Shown: positions 40,511 through 53,927, counted from the first letter of the stretch. The stretch: 64,000 nucleotides of DNA from Eledone cirrhosa (GCA_964016885.1 OZ024759.1:4030001-4094000), one strand, 5' to 3'. Made by a program: numbers and translations. Notes: generated from the letters alone by a model not told the origin.

Positions 40511-40569
40511 CTCTGTGTTACACCTACTATCATCTTGACTAAATATATTAAGTAACAAACAAAGCTTAC

Positions 40570-40707
40570 CTGTCTGACAGTTGCTACTTTCATAACCAGC
40601 AGTACATCCTCCTCTAGAACACACACCTGTCTGTTTGTTACATTTACTGTTGTCAGCACAGTAACATGTGTTGCCACAGTTGGCTCCAAATTTTCCATTT
40701 CTACAGA
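40570..40707 (-). CDS. EGF-like exon E7
   Basis: CRNGKFGANCGNTCYCADNSKCNKQTGVCSRGGCTAGYESSNCQT; tttccacag / GTAAGC, 138 bp. Confidence 0.85.
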
Positions 40708-42122
40708 CTGTGGAAATAAAAATATGAGAACAATGACAATAACAACAACATATAACACTATACAAGATAATGCTTCTGATTTAGGCACAAGGCCAGCAAT
40801 TTTAGGGGAGGAGAAAATCAATTAAATCGACCCCAGTGTGTGACTGGTACTTCATTTTATCAACCCTGTTGGGATGAAAGGGATAGCTACCACAATTCTA
40901 TCATCTATATTATAGCGTTGTCATCTATACTATATCTATATCATCTGTACTATATTTGTATCATCTTAATTTCCATGTTTCTAACACCCATGGATATGCC
41001 TACAAAGTCAGAAAACAGCACAGCTCCCATGACTTTCGGAAACATTTTTTCAAGCTCAGAGTTGCTGAAGCATGGAACAAACTACCTGCATCAGTTGTTA
41101 GCTGTCGAGACACATCCTTTACAACCGCCATGGAACAAACTAATTGCATCAGTTGTTAGCTGTCGAGACACTACATCCTTTAAAACCTCCATGGAACAAA
41201 CTACCTGCATCAGTTGTTAGCTGTCGAGACACTACATCCTTTAAAACCTCTATGCTTCCTGAGATTCGTCAACACTGCACCTGATGTCCCCCCTTCCATA
41301 CACACGCACACATGTATTTCATGACTCTAACACTGTTCCTTTTCCTGACATTTAAACATTATTCTATGTACTATACATGCACCTTTGATGAGTTGTAGTG
41401 CACCTGAGCACTGTACACAATAATTTCATTATTATATTATTTTATACTCCAGTGGTATGACCTAAACTATATATAATCCATACTATATCTATACAATCTA
41501 TATGATTTCCGTAACATCGATATTATGTCTATATACTTGCCGATTCTCTACACTCCATACCAATGTTATACTATATATTCATGAGGCTATGATATCCCCT
41601 TTATATTGTAAGCACATAGCTTAGTAGTTAGAGCATTGGCCTTGCAATCGAAAGGTTGTGAGTTCAATTCTCAGACCGGGTGATGTGTTGTTTCCTTGAG
41701 CGGGACACTTTATTTCCCATTGCTCCAGTTTACTCAGTTGTAGAAATGAGATGATAGGGACTGGGGTCCATATCATTCCACTGCAAAGTGGTCCTGGAGG
41801 TGCCACGGCAAAAAACACCCAATACTCACTGTAAATGAGGTTGGTGTTAGGAAGGGCATCCAGCTGTAGAAATCAAGCCAGAATCAGTTTCCGTCCCACC
41901 CTTGTAAGCAGGGAAATGCAGACGTAAAATGATGATGATGATGATTGTAGCTCCAAAACAGTTTAAATCTACCTGTCTCACAGGTGTTACCTTCATAACC
42001 AGCACTACACCCTCCACTAAAACACACACCTGTCTCTGTGTTACACTTAGCTGTGTGTTACACCTACTGTCATCTTGACTCAATATATCATGTTAGAAAC
42101 AAAGCTATACTACACCACTTAC

Positions 42123-42260
42123 CTGTCTGACAGTTGCTACCTTCATAACCAGCAGTACATCCTCCACTAGAACACACACCTGTCTGTTTGTAACACCTGT
42201 TATTATCAGCACAGTGGCATGTGTGTTTACAGTTAGCTCCAAATTTACCAATGTCACAGG
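42123..42260 (-). CDS. EGF-like exon E6
   Basis: CDIGKFGANCKHTCHCADNNRCYKQTGVCSSGGCTAGYEGSNCQT; attacag / GTAAGT, 138 bp. Confidence 0.88.
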
Positions 42261-43948
42261 CTGTAATATGAAATGTAATGTAAACAGTTTGAACAATTTC
42301 AAGATATAATATTTAGAATTATTAACCTTTTTGATATCAAAATACCTGACACCGATTAACTGTTTTACTCTATATATTTATCTAAAAACCTCCCACTATA
42401 GTGTTATGTAAGAACTTTTGTTAAGTTATGTTCCATCCAAAATATTAGTGATGAAAATCTCAGTTATATAACTATAGCCCTTCAAATTCTTCATTATATA
42501 AAAATTTGTTTAAATTTGTATGCAATATATTTCTTTAGTAATATGGTAATGAAAGGATTAATGACATAGACAGTGTCTTTAAGTAGAAATATGGTAATGA
42601 AAGGGTTAATGATATAGACAGTGTCTTTAAGTAGAAATATGTAATGAAAGGGTTAATGACATAGACAGTGTCTTTAAGTAGAGATATGGTAATGAAAGGG
42701 TTAATGACATAGACAGTGTCTTTAAGTAGAAATATGGTAATGAAAGGGTTAATGACATAGACAGTGTCTTTAAGTAGAGATATGTAATGAAAGGGTTAAT
42801 GACATAGACAGTGTCTTTAAGTAGAAATATGGTAATGAAAGGGTTAATGACATAGACAGTGTCTTTAAGTAGAGATATGTAATGAAAGGGTTAATGACAT
42901 AGACAGTGTCTTTAAGTAGAAACTTGGTAATGAAAGGTTTAATGACATAGAGTCTATGTCATTAAACCTTAATCCAAATATTCAATTACTTTGAAGCAAG
43001 AAACAAATGCAAATATCCGACTAACTTGAATTTTCCATCGGATTTTAAAATTATTTTACGTATTTTTGCTATATTAGTTTTTTTAACTTAATATTATTAT
43101 TTTTCTATTGTATTTCTTTATAATTATGTGAATACAAAAATATTTTATATTGTAACTTTTTATGTTAAATAATAAATGACTATAAAACTATACAAAAACT
43201 ATAATAATTTCACAAAAGTCGCATTCATAGGTATATCAACTTATGCGACCTCCTTTATTACTGCCTAATTTAAATGTGGCCTCTAATGGTAAAAAGGTTC
43301 CTCTCCTCTGACATAGACAGTATCTTTCATTAGAAATATGGTAATGAAAGGGTTAATGACATAGACAGTGTCTTTTATTAGAAATGTGGTAATGAAAGGG
43401 TTAATGACATAGACAGTGTCTTTTATTAGAAATGTGGTAATGAAAGGGTTAATGACATAGACAGTGTCTTTTATTAGAAATGTGGTAATGAAAGGGTTAA
43501 TGACATAGACAGTGTCTTTTATTAGAAATGTGGTAATGAAAGGGTTAATGACATAAACAGTGTCTTTCATTAGAAATATGGTAATGAAAGGGTTAATGAC
43601 ATAGACAGTGTCTTTTATTAGAAATGTGGTAATGAAAGGGTTAATGACATAGACAGTGTCTTTCATTAGAAATGTGGTAATGAAAGGGTTAATGACATAG
43701 ACAGTGTCTTTTATTAGAAATGTGGTAATGAAAGGGTTAATGACATAGACAGTGTCTTTCATTAGAAATATGGTAATGAAAGGGTTAATGACATAGACAG
43801 TGTCTTTCATTAGAAATGTGGTAATGAAAGGGTTAATGACATAGACAGTGTCTTTTATTAGAAATGTGGTAATGAAAGGGTTAATGACATAGACAATGTC
43901 TTTCATTAGAAATATGGTAATGAAAGGGTTAATTACTACACCATATAC

Positions 43949-44086
43949 CTGTCTGACAGTTGCTACCTTCATAACCAGCAGCACATCCTCCACTAGAACA
44001 CACACCTGTCTGTTTGTTACATTTACTGTTGTCAGCACAGTGACATGTGTTGCCACAGTTGGCTCCAAATTTACCTGATTTACAGA
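43949..44086 (-). CDS. EGF-like exon E5
   Basis: CKSGKFGANCGNTCHCADNSKCNKQTGVCSSGGCAAGYEGSNCQT; tttccag / weaker GTATAT donor, 138 bp. Confidence 0.82.
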
Positions 44087-44194
44087 CTGGAAATAAAATA
44101 TGAGAACAATGACAATTATAACAACATTTACACTATACAAGATAATAAATATCACAATATTATATTATCTATATTATAATGTTGTCATCTATAC

Positions 44195-46057
44195 CAGAGG
44201 TCGGCATCCTTTTGGGGTGTGCGGGCCACATTGCTATGGAGTGTCACACAGGCAGGCCACATTTCTATGCAGTGTCTCACTGGCAGGCCACATTGTTACG
44301 AAGTGTCTTGTCAGTTGCACACATTGCTATACAGTGTCTTGTCAGCAGGCCACATTGCTATACAGTGTCTTGTCAGCAGGCCACATAGCTATGGAGTGTC
44401 TTGTCAGCAGGCCACATAGCTATGGAGTGTCTTGTCAGCAGGCCACATAGCTATGGAGTGTCTCACCAGCAGGCCACATTGCTATACAGTGTCTTGTCAG
44501 CAGGCCACATTGCTATACAGTGTCTTGTCAGCAGGCCACATAGCTATGCAGTGTCTCACCAGCAGGCCACATAGCTATGGAGTGTCTAGTCAGCAGGCCA
44601 CATAGCTATGGAGTGTCTCACCAGCAGGCCACATTGCTATGCAGTGTCTTCTCAGCAGGCCATATTGCTATGCAGTGTCTCACCAGCAGGCCACATGGCT
44701 ATGGAGTGTCTCACCAGCAGGCCACATAGCTATGCAGTGTCTCGTCAGCAGGCCATATTGCTATGCAGTGTCTCGTCAGCAGGCCACATAGCTATGTAGT
44801 GTCTCAGCAGCAGGCCACATAGCTATGGAGTGTCTCACCAGCAGGCCACATAGCTATGGAGTGTCTTGTCAGCAGGCCACATAGCTATGTAATGTCTCGC
44901 CAGCAGGCCACATAGCTATGTAGTGTCTTGTCAGCAGGCCACATAGCTATGTAATGTCTCGCCAGCAGGCCACATAGCTATGCAGTGTCTCACCAGCAGG
45001 CCACATAGCTATGCAGTGTCTCGTCAGCAGGCCATATTGCTATGCAGTGTCTCGTCAGCAGGCCATATTGCTATGCAGTGTCTCACCAGCAGGCCACATA
45101 GCTATGCAGTGTCTCGTCAGCAGGCCACATTGCTATACAGTGTCTTGTCAACAGGCCATATAGCTATGGAGTGTCTCACCAGCAGGCCACATAGCTATGT
45201 AGTGTCTTGTCAGCAGGCGACATAGCTATGGAGTGTCTCACCAGCAGACTACATAGCTATGCAGTGTCTCACCAGCAGGCCACATTGCTATGCAGTGTCT
45301 CACCAGCAGGCCACATAGCTGTGCAGTGTCTCGTCAGCAGGCCACATTGCTATGCAGTGTCTCGTCAGCAGGCCACGTAGCTATGTAGTGTCTCGTCGGC
45401 AGGCCATGATATCAAATAAGTAATGAGAACATATGTAAAAAGAATGCAGTAATATAATAAAATACTCTGACATTTTTAATAAACTCTGACAAAGCCATGA
45501 CACCTGGCAGTGTATTTAAACCAGGGTTGCCATTTGTTCAGTGAACATATTTACTTCTAATAATACTGAACACTTTTAACATAGAAAAATAAATAAACAT
45601 TGATTATTATCAAATACAGTCCCTTACAGATGTTTTACTACCAGACAGTTAACTAAAATGAACAATTTTGAGGATGAAATGAAATAACTATGTCAGACAT
45701 ACTGACTTTTTTAGGTAAGTCTGGGTCATTTCACATCCCTGCCATACAGATACTATGTATGTACATATATACACGAATACACACACACAGTCCCTTTGAC
45801 CTCGATGTCTGATTATTCTATCTCTCTGAGTTTGATTGTTTCTTACTGTCACATTAAAACATTACGTTCAGTTAAGTGAGTCTTGAGGTTAGACGTGTTC
45901 TCTAGTTGGTATTTTAATCCCAAATAATTCAGAACACATTTTCAGGGGATGGCTTAGTCAAAGATTGAAACCTGTCGGCAGGCCAGATGTCGCCCGTGGG
46001 CCAGATGTGGACCGCGGGCCAGATGTGGCCTACGGGCCAGGGATTTAATGACCCCTA
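44195..46057. mobile_element. Non-autonomous hAT element containing about 36 x 31-bp minisatellite (44270-45406)
   Basis: Termini CAGAGGTC..GACCCCTA; perfect 8-bp TSD ATCTATAC at 44187-44194 and 46058-46065. Confidence 0.85.
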
Positions 46058-49000
46058 ATCTATACTATAGTGATATCAACTATTTTATATCTATATCATC
46101 TGTACTATATCCCTACAACCTATATTATATCTATAGCTATACTATATCTATTCCTCTATATTATATCTATTGAAGGTGCAAGGATTAGTGGTAAGAGCGT
46201 CAGGCTTACAATCATAAAGTTGTGAGTTTGATGCCTGAATCTTGCTGTGTTTTGTGTTCTTGAACAAGTCACTTTATTTCATGTTGCTCAAGATACTCTG
46301 CTATAGAAATGAGTTGTGATGTCACACTTTCAATAGGAACACACACCTGTCTCTAAGTTACACCTGCTGTTGTTTTGTTTCAATATATTATGCTACAACA
46401 AAGTTATGCTACATCACTTACCTTATTAGAAATATGGTAATGAAAGGGTTAATGACATAGACAGTGTCTTTCATTAGAAATATGGTAATGAAAGGGTTAA
46501 TGACATAGACAGTGTCTTTCATTAGATATATGGTAATGAAGGGGTTAATGACATAGACAGTGTCTTTCATTAGATATATGGTAATGCAGGGGTTAATAAC
46601 ATAGGTAGTGTCTTTCATTAGATATATGGTAATGAAAGGGTTAATGACATAGACAGTGTCTTTTATTAGATATATGGTAATGAAGGGGTTAATGACATAG
46701 ACAGTGTCTTTCATTAGATATATGGTTATGAAAGGGTTAATGACATAGGTAGTGTCTTTCATTAGAAATATGGTAATGAAAGGGTTAATGACATAGACAG
46801 TGTCTTTCATTAGATATATGGTAATGAAGGGGTTAATGACATAGACGGTGTCTTTCATTAGATATATGGTAATGCAGGGGTTAATAACATAGGTAGTGTC
46901 TTTCATTAGATATATGGTAATGAAAGGGTTAATGACATAGACAGTGTCTTTTATTAGATATATGGTAATGAAAGGGTTAATGACATAGACAGTGTCTTTC
47001 ATTAGATATATGGTAATGAAGGGGTTAATGACATAGACGGTGTCTTTCATTAGATATATGGTAATGCAGGGGTTAATAACATAGGTAGTGTCTTTCATTA
47101 GATATATGGTAATGAAAGGGTTAATGACATAGACAGTGTCTTTTATTAGATATATGGTAATGAAGGGGTTAATGACATAGACAGTGTCTTTCATTAGATA
47201 TATGGTAATGCAGGGGTTAATAACATAGGTAGTGTCTTTCATTAGAAATATAGTAATGAAAGGGTTAATGACATAGACAGTGTCTTTCATTAGAAATATG
47301 GTAATGAAAGGGTTAATGACATAGACAGTGTCTTTCATTAGATATATGGTAATGAAGGGGTTAATGACATAGACAGTGTCTTTCATTAGATATATGGTAA
47401 TGCAGGGGTTAATAACATAGGTAGTGTCTTTCATTAGATATATGGTAATGAAAGGGTTAATGACATAGACAGTGTCTTTTATTAGATATATGGTAATGAA
47501 AGGGTTAATGACATAGATAGTGTCTTTCATTAGATATATGGTAATGCAGGGGTTAATAACATAGGTAGTGTCTTTCATTAGATATATGGTAATGAAAGGG
47601 TTAATGACATAGACAGTGTCTTTTATTAGATATATGGCAATGAAGGGGTTAATGACATAGACAGTGTCTTTCATTAGATATATGGTAATGAAAGGGTTAA
47701 TGACATAGACAGTGTCTTTCATTAGATATATGGTAATGAAGGGGTTAATGACATAGACAGTATCTTTCATTAGATATATGGTAATGCAGGGGTTAATAAC
47801 ATAGGTAGTGTCTTTCATTAGAAATATGGTAATGAAAGGGTTAATGACATAGACAGTGTCTTTCATTAGAAATATGATAATGAAAGGGTTAATGACATAT
47901 AGTGTCTTTCATTAGAAATATGGTAATGAAAGGGTTAATGACATAGACAGTGTCTTTCATTAGATATATGGTAATGCAGGGGTTAATAACATAGGTAGTG
48001 TCTTTCATTAGAAATATGGTAATGAAAGGGTTAATGACATAGACAGTGTCTTTCATTACAAATATGATAATGAAAGGGTTAATGACATATAGTGTCTTTC
48101 ATTAGAAATATGGTAATGAAAGGGTTAATGACATAGACAGTGTCTTTCATTAGATATATGGTAATGCAGGGGTTAATAACATAGGTAGTGTCTTTCATTA
48201 GATATATGGTAATGAAAGGGTTAATGACATAGACAGTGTCTTTTATTAGAAATATGATAATGAAAGGGTTAATGACATATAGTGTCTTTCATTAGAAATA
48301 TGGTAATGAAAGGGTTAATGACATAGACAGTGTCTTTCATTAGATATATGGTAATGAAGGGGTTAATGACATAGACAGTGTCTTTCATTAGATATATGGT
48401 AATGAAAGGGTTAATGACATAGACAGTGTCTTTCATTAGATATATGGTAATGAAGGGGTTAATGACATAGACAGTGTCTTTCATTAGATATATGGTAATG
48501 CAGGGGTTAATAACATAGGTAGTGTCTTTCATTAGAAATATGGTAATGAAAGGGTTAATGACATAGGCAGTGTCTTTCATTAGAAATATGATAATGAAAG
48601 GGTTAATGACATATAGTGTCTTTCATTAGAAATATGGTAATGAAAGGGTTAATGACATAGACAGTGTCTTTCATTAGATATATGGTAATGCAGGGGTTAA
48701 TAACATAGGTAGTGTCTTTCATTAGATATATGGTAATGAAAGGGTTAATGACATAGACAGTGTCTTTTATTAGAAATATGGTAATGAAAGGGTTAATGAT
48801 ATAGACAGTGTCTTTCACTAGATATATGGTAATGAAGGGGTTAATGACATAGACAGTGTCTTTCATTAGAAATATGGTAATGAAAGGGTTAATGACATAG
48901 GTAGTGTCTTTAATTAGAAATATAGTAATGAAAGGGTTAATGACATAGACAGTGTCTTTTATTAGAAATATGATAATGAAAGGGTTAATGATATAGACAG

Positions 49001-50888
49001 TGTCTTTCACTAGATATATGGTAATGAAGGGGTTAATGACATAGACAGTGTCTTTCATTAGAAATATGGTAATGAAAGGGTTAATGACATAGGTAGTGTC
49101 TTTAATTAGAAATATAGTAATGAAAGGGTTAATGACATAGACAGTGTCTTTCATTAGAAATATGGTAAGGAAAGGGTTAATGACATAGACAGTGTCTTTC
49201 ATTAGAAATATGGTAATGAAAGGGTTAATGACATAGGTAATGTCTTTAATTAGAAATATAGTAATGAAAGGGTTAATGACATAGACAGTGTCTTTCATTA
49301 GAAATATGGTAATGAAAGGGTTAATGACATAGACAGTGTCTTTCATTAGAAATATGGTAATGAAAGGGTTAATGACATAGGTAATGTCTTTAATTAGAAA
49401 TATAGTAATGAAAGGGTTAATGACATAGACAGTGTCTTTCATTAGAAATATGGTAAGGAAAGAGTTAATGACATAGACAGTGTCTTTCATTAGATATATG
49501 GTAATGAAAGGGTTAATGACATAGACAGTGTCTTTCATTAGAAATATGGTAATGAAAGGGTTAATGACATAGACAGTGTCTTTCATTAGAAATATGGTAA
49601 TGAAAGTGTTAATGACATATACAGTGTCTTTCATTAGAAATATGGTAATGAAAGGGTTAATGACATAGACAGTGTCTTTCATTAGAAATATGGTAATGAA
49701 AGGGTTAATGACATAGACAGTGTCTTTCATTAGAAATATGGTAATGAAAGGGTTAATGACATAGGTAATGTCTTTAATTAGAAATATAGTAATGAAAGGG
49801 TTAATGACATAGACAGTGTCTTTCATTAGAAATATGGTAAGGAAAGAGTTAATGACAGACAGTGTCTTTCATTAGATATATGGTAATGAAAGGGTTAATG
49901 ACATAGACAGTGTCTTTCATTAGAAATATGGTAATGAAAGGGTTAATGACATAGACAGTGTCTTTCATTAGAAATATGGTAATGAAAGGGTTAATGACAT
50001 ATACAGTGTCTTTCATTAGAAATATGGTAATGAAAGGGTTAATGACATAGACAGTGTCTTTCATTAGAAATATGGTAATGAAAGGGTTAATGACATAGAC
50101 TGTGTCTTTCTTTAGAAATATGGTAATGAAAGGGTTAATGACATATACAGTGTCTTTCATTAGAAATATGGTAATGAAAGGGTTAATGACATAGACAGTG
50201 TCTTTCATTAGAAATATGGTAATGAAAGGGTTAATGACATATACAGTGTCTTTCACTAGAAATATGATAATTGTTTCTACTTTTGGCACAAGGCCTGCAA
50301 TTACCCAGTCTATTACTGGTACTTTATTTTATCGACCCCATAAGGATGAAAGGCAAAGTTAACCTCGGCGGGATTTGAACTCAGAATGGCAAGGGCCGTA
50401 ACTCTATGCGTCAAAGCATGGCGTTCGACCCTCTACCGATACTGCCAATCCAATTAGATATATGATAATGAAAGGGTTAATGACATAGACAGTGTCTTTC
50501 ATTAGAAATATGGTAATGAAAGGGTTAATGACATAGACAGTGTCTTTCATTAGAAATATGGTAATGAAAGGGTTAATGACATATACTGTGTCTTTCATTA
50601 GAAATATGGTAGTAGGAAGTTTAATTACTATACTGACAGTTGCTACCTTCATAACCAGCAGCACATCCTCCACTAGAGCATACACCTGTCTCTATGTTAC
50701 ACCTGATGTTGTTTTGTTTCAATATATTAAGCTACAGACTAAGCTATACTACACAACACACTTCATTGGAACACACACCTGTCTCTGTGTTACATCTCGC
50801 TGTTTGTTACACGTCTCTGTATGTTACACCTGCTGTTGTCTTGACCCACTATATTAAGTTATAAACAAAGCTATACTACACCACTTAC

Positions 50889-51026
50889 CTGTCTGACAGT
50901 TGCTACCTTCATAACCAGCAGTACATCCTCCACTAGAACACACACCTGTCTGTTTGTTACATTTACTGTTGTCAACACAGTGACATGTGTTGCCACAGTT
51001 GGCTCCAAATATACCATTTCTACAGA
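50889..51026 (-). CDS. EGF-like exon E4
   Basis: CRNGIFGANCGNTCHCVDNSKCNKQTGVCSSGGCTAGYEGSNCQT; tttccacag / GTAAGT, 138 bp. Confidence 0.88.
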
Positions 51027-51760
51027 CTGTGGAAATAAAAATATGAGAACAATGACAACAACAACAACATATAACACTATACAAGATAATCATCATCTTC
51101 ATCATTACCATTTAAAGTCCATTTTCTATGCTAGCATGGGTTAGATATACTGTCCCATTGTGAGAAAAGTTGGGTCAGATGGCCATGTCTTGCTTATGCA
51201 GAACTGATTTGGGATTGGTTTTGATGGCTGGATGCCCTTCCAAATGCCAACCACTTTACAGTGTGGACTGGGCACTTTTTGTTGTGTCACCAACTTGACC
51301 ACTTTACAATGAGAGCTGAGCACTTTTTGTTGTGGCATTATCACAACCATTTTACAGTGTGTGCTGGGCACTTTTTGTTGTGGCACTATCACAAGCACTT
51401 TATAGTGTGGGCTGGGCATTTTTGTTGTGGCACTATCACAACCACTTTACAATGAGGGCTGGGCACATTTTGTGTCACCAACATGACCACTTTACAGTGT
51501 GGGCTGGGCATTTTCGTTGTGGCACTATCGCAACCACTTTACAGTGTGGACTGGGGACTTGAGTGGGGCAGTTGCATGGGGATTGAGGAGGTAGATTTAG
51601 GGGCATGGGTGAGGGGTGGGGATTTAGTAGCTCACTGACCTTTCTTCAACCCATTCTCACACTGGCTACTGTGTTTTCAGAACACCTTCATCCACTGCAA
51701 GTAACAGAAACTATGTACCACTTCTTCATAACCAGCACCACACCCTCTACTGTAACACAC

Positions 51761-51915
51761 CTGTCTTACAGTTGCTATCTTCATAACCATCACCACACAC
51801 TTCACTGGAACACACACCTGTCTCTGTGTTACATCTAGCTGTTTGTTACACCTGCTGTTGTTAGTACAGTGACATGTGTGTTTACAGTTAGGTCCAAATT
51901 TACCTGCTTTACACC
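51761..51915 (-). pseudogene. Pseudo-exon c (155 bp, internal 17-bp duplication, canonical donor lost)
   Basis: CKAGKFGPNCKHTCHCTNNSRCNKQ, then duplicated TGTAACACAG segment and frameshift; followed by a further half-exon copy instead of GTAAGT. Confidence 0.8.
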
Positions 51916-52078
51916 CTGAAAATAAAAATATGGAATGTTCTGCATGAGCATGTGGTCGAAGGACAGCTCCTTGCTCCGATAAATCATGTCACTTCTAACA
52001 CATGTAGCATACATGTTTCCCTTCCATGTAATAACCCAATATATTAAGTTAGAAACAAAGCTATACTACACCACTTAC

Positions 52079-52215
52079 CTGTCTGACAGTTGCTACCTTC
52101 ATAACCAGCAGCACATCCTCCACTAGAACACACACCTGTCTCTTTGTTACACCTGCTGTTATCAGCACAGTGACATGTGTATTTACAGTTGGGTCCAAAT
52201 TTACCTGTTTACAGA
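52079..52215 (-). pseudogene. Pseudo-exon b (137 bp, 1-bp deletion) with intact splice sites
   Basis: TGTAAACAGGT instead of TGTAAAACAGGT; otherwise CKTGKFGPNCKYTCHCADNSRCNKETGVCSSGGCAAGYEGSNCQT; could be a homopolymer assembly error. Confidence 0.7.
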
Positions 52216-52950
52216 CTGTGGGTATAAAATATGAGAACAATGACAATTACAGCAACATATAACACTATACAAGATAATAAATATCATAATTATATCATCT
52301 ATATATATGGTGGCACATGGCTTAATGGTTAGAGCATTGGCCTTGCAATTGAAAGGTTGTGAGTTCAATTCTCAGACCGGGTGATGTGTTGTTTCCTTGA
52401 GCAAGACACTTTATTTCACATTGCTCCAGTTTACTCAGCTGTAGAAATGAGATGATAGGGACTGGGGTCCCTATCATTCCACTGTAAAGTGGTCGTGGAG
52501 GTGCCATGGCAAAAAAGCACCCACTACTCACTGTAAATAAGGTTGGTGTTAGGAAGGACATCCAGCTGTAGAAATCAAGCCAGAATCAGTTTCCGTCCCA
52601 CCCTTGCAAGCAGGGAAAAGCGAACGTAAAATGATGATGAGTCTAACCCATGCTGGTGTGGAAGATGTACGTTATACGAAGATGATGATGATATAGTGTT
52701 GTCATCTATCATCTATACTATATCTCTACAACCTATATGATATCTATATCCTATATATTATATTTAATCATCTGTATTATATCTATATCATCTGTATTAT
52801 ATCTATATCATCTGTATTATATCTATATCATCTGTATTATATCTATATCATCATAACCAGCATCACACCTGTCTCTGTCTGTTTTTTTACACCTGCTGTT
52901 GTTTTGTTTCATATATCAAGTTAGAAACAAATCTGTACTACAGTACTTAC

Positions 52951-53088
52951 CTGTTTGACAGTTGCTACCTTCATAACCAGCAGCACATCCTCCACCTGAA
53001 CACACACCTGTCTCTTTGTTACACCTGCTGTTATCTGCGCAGTGACATGTGTATTTACAGTTGGCTCCAAATTTACCTGTTTTACAGA
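52951..53088 (-). CDS. EGF-like exon E3
   Basis: CKTGKFGANCKYTCHCADNSRCNKETGVCSGGGCAAGYEGSNCQT; ttttcag / GTAAGT, 138 bp. Confidence 0.88.
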
Positions 53089-53304
53089 CTGAAAATAAAA
53101 ATATGGAAGTCTAAATATATTTAATAATTCACATTAATTTCTGATATTTTCATATTTTACATGGTAGACATTATTTGAATTTTGAAAATGTGAGACCAGA
53201 GAAATTGCTTCATGTGACACTGTAAGAAAACATTAAAGAAAACATTAAAAAAATGAAATGTATATCTTCTTCTTTATCATTAAGAATGTCAGCAGCAGCA
53301 GCAC

Positions 53305-53336
<32 letters not shown>

Positions 53337-53875
53337 CAGAGAGAGAGAGAGAGAGAGAAGAGAGAGAGTAGTTAATAATAAATACAAAGACCAAAATCTA
53401 GAGAGGGCTCAATAAGATAAGAGTTTTATGTATATGTATATATATACATATATATGTATCATCATCATCATCATCATCATCATTTTACGTCCACTTTTCC
53501 CTGGTTGCGAGGGTGGGACGGAAACTGATTCTGGCTTGATTTCTACAGCTGGATGCCCTTCCTACCACCAACCTTATTTACAGTGAGTGCTGGGTGCTTT
53601 TTTGCTGTGGCACCTCCACGACCACTTTGCAGTGGAATGATAGGGACCGCAATCCCTATCATCTCATTTCTACAGCTGAGTAAACTGGAGCAATGTGAAA
53701 TAAAGTGTCTTGCTCAAGGAAACAACACATCACCCGGTTTGAGAATTGAACTCACAACCTTTCGATTGCAAGGCCAATGCTCTAACCACTAAGCCATAGA
53801 GAGAGAGAGAAGTGAGAGAGTAGTTAATAATAAATAGAAACACCAAAATCTGGAGAGGGCTCAATAAGATAAGAG

Positions 53876-53927
<52 letters not shown>

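Larger units (their letters stand above)
42540..50610. repeat. 48-bp minisatellite in three blocks (42540-42950, 43310-43932, 46423-50610)
   Basis: Unit GTAATGAAAGGGTTAATGACATAGACAGTGTCTTTCATTAGAAATATG; about 100 copies in total. Confidence 0.93.
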
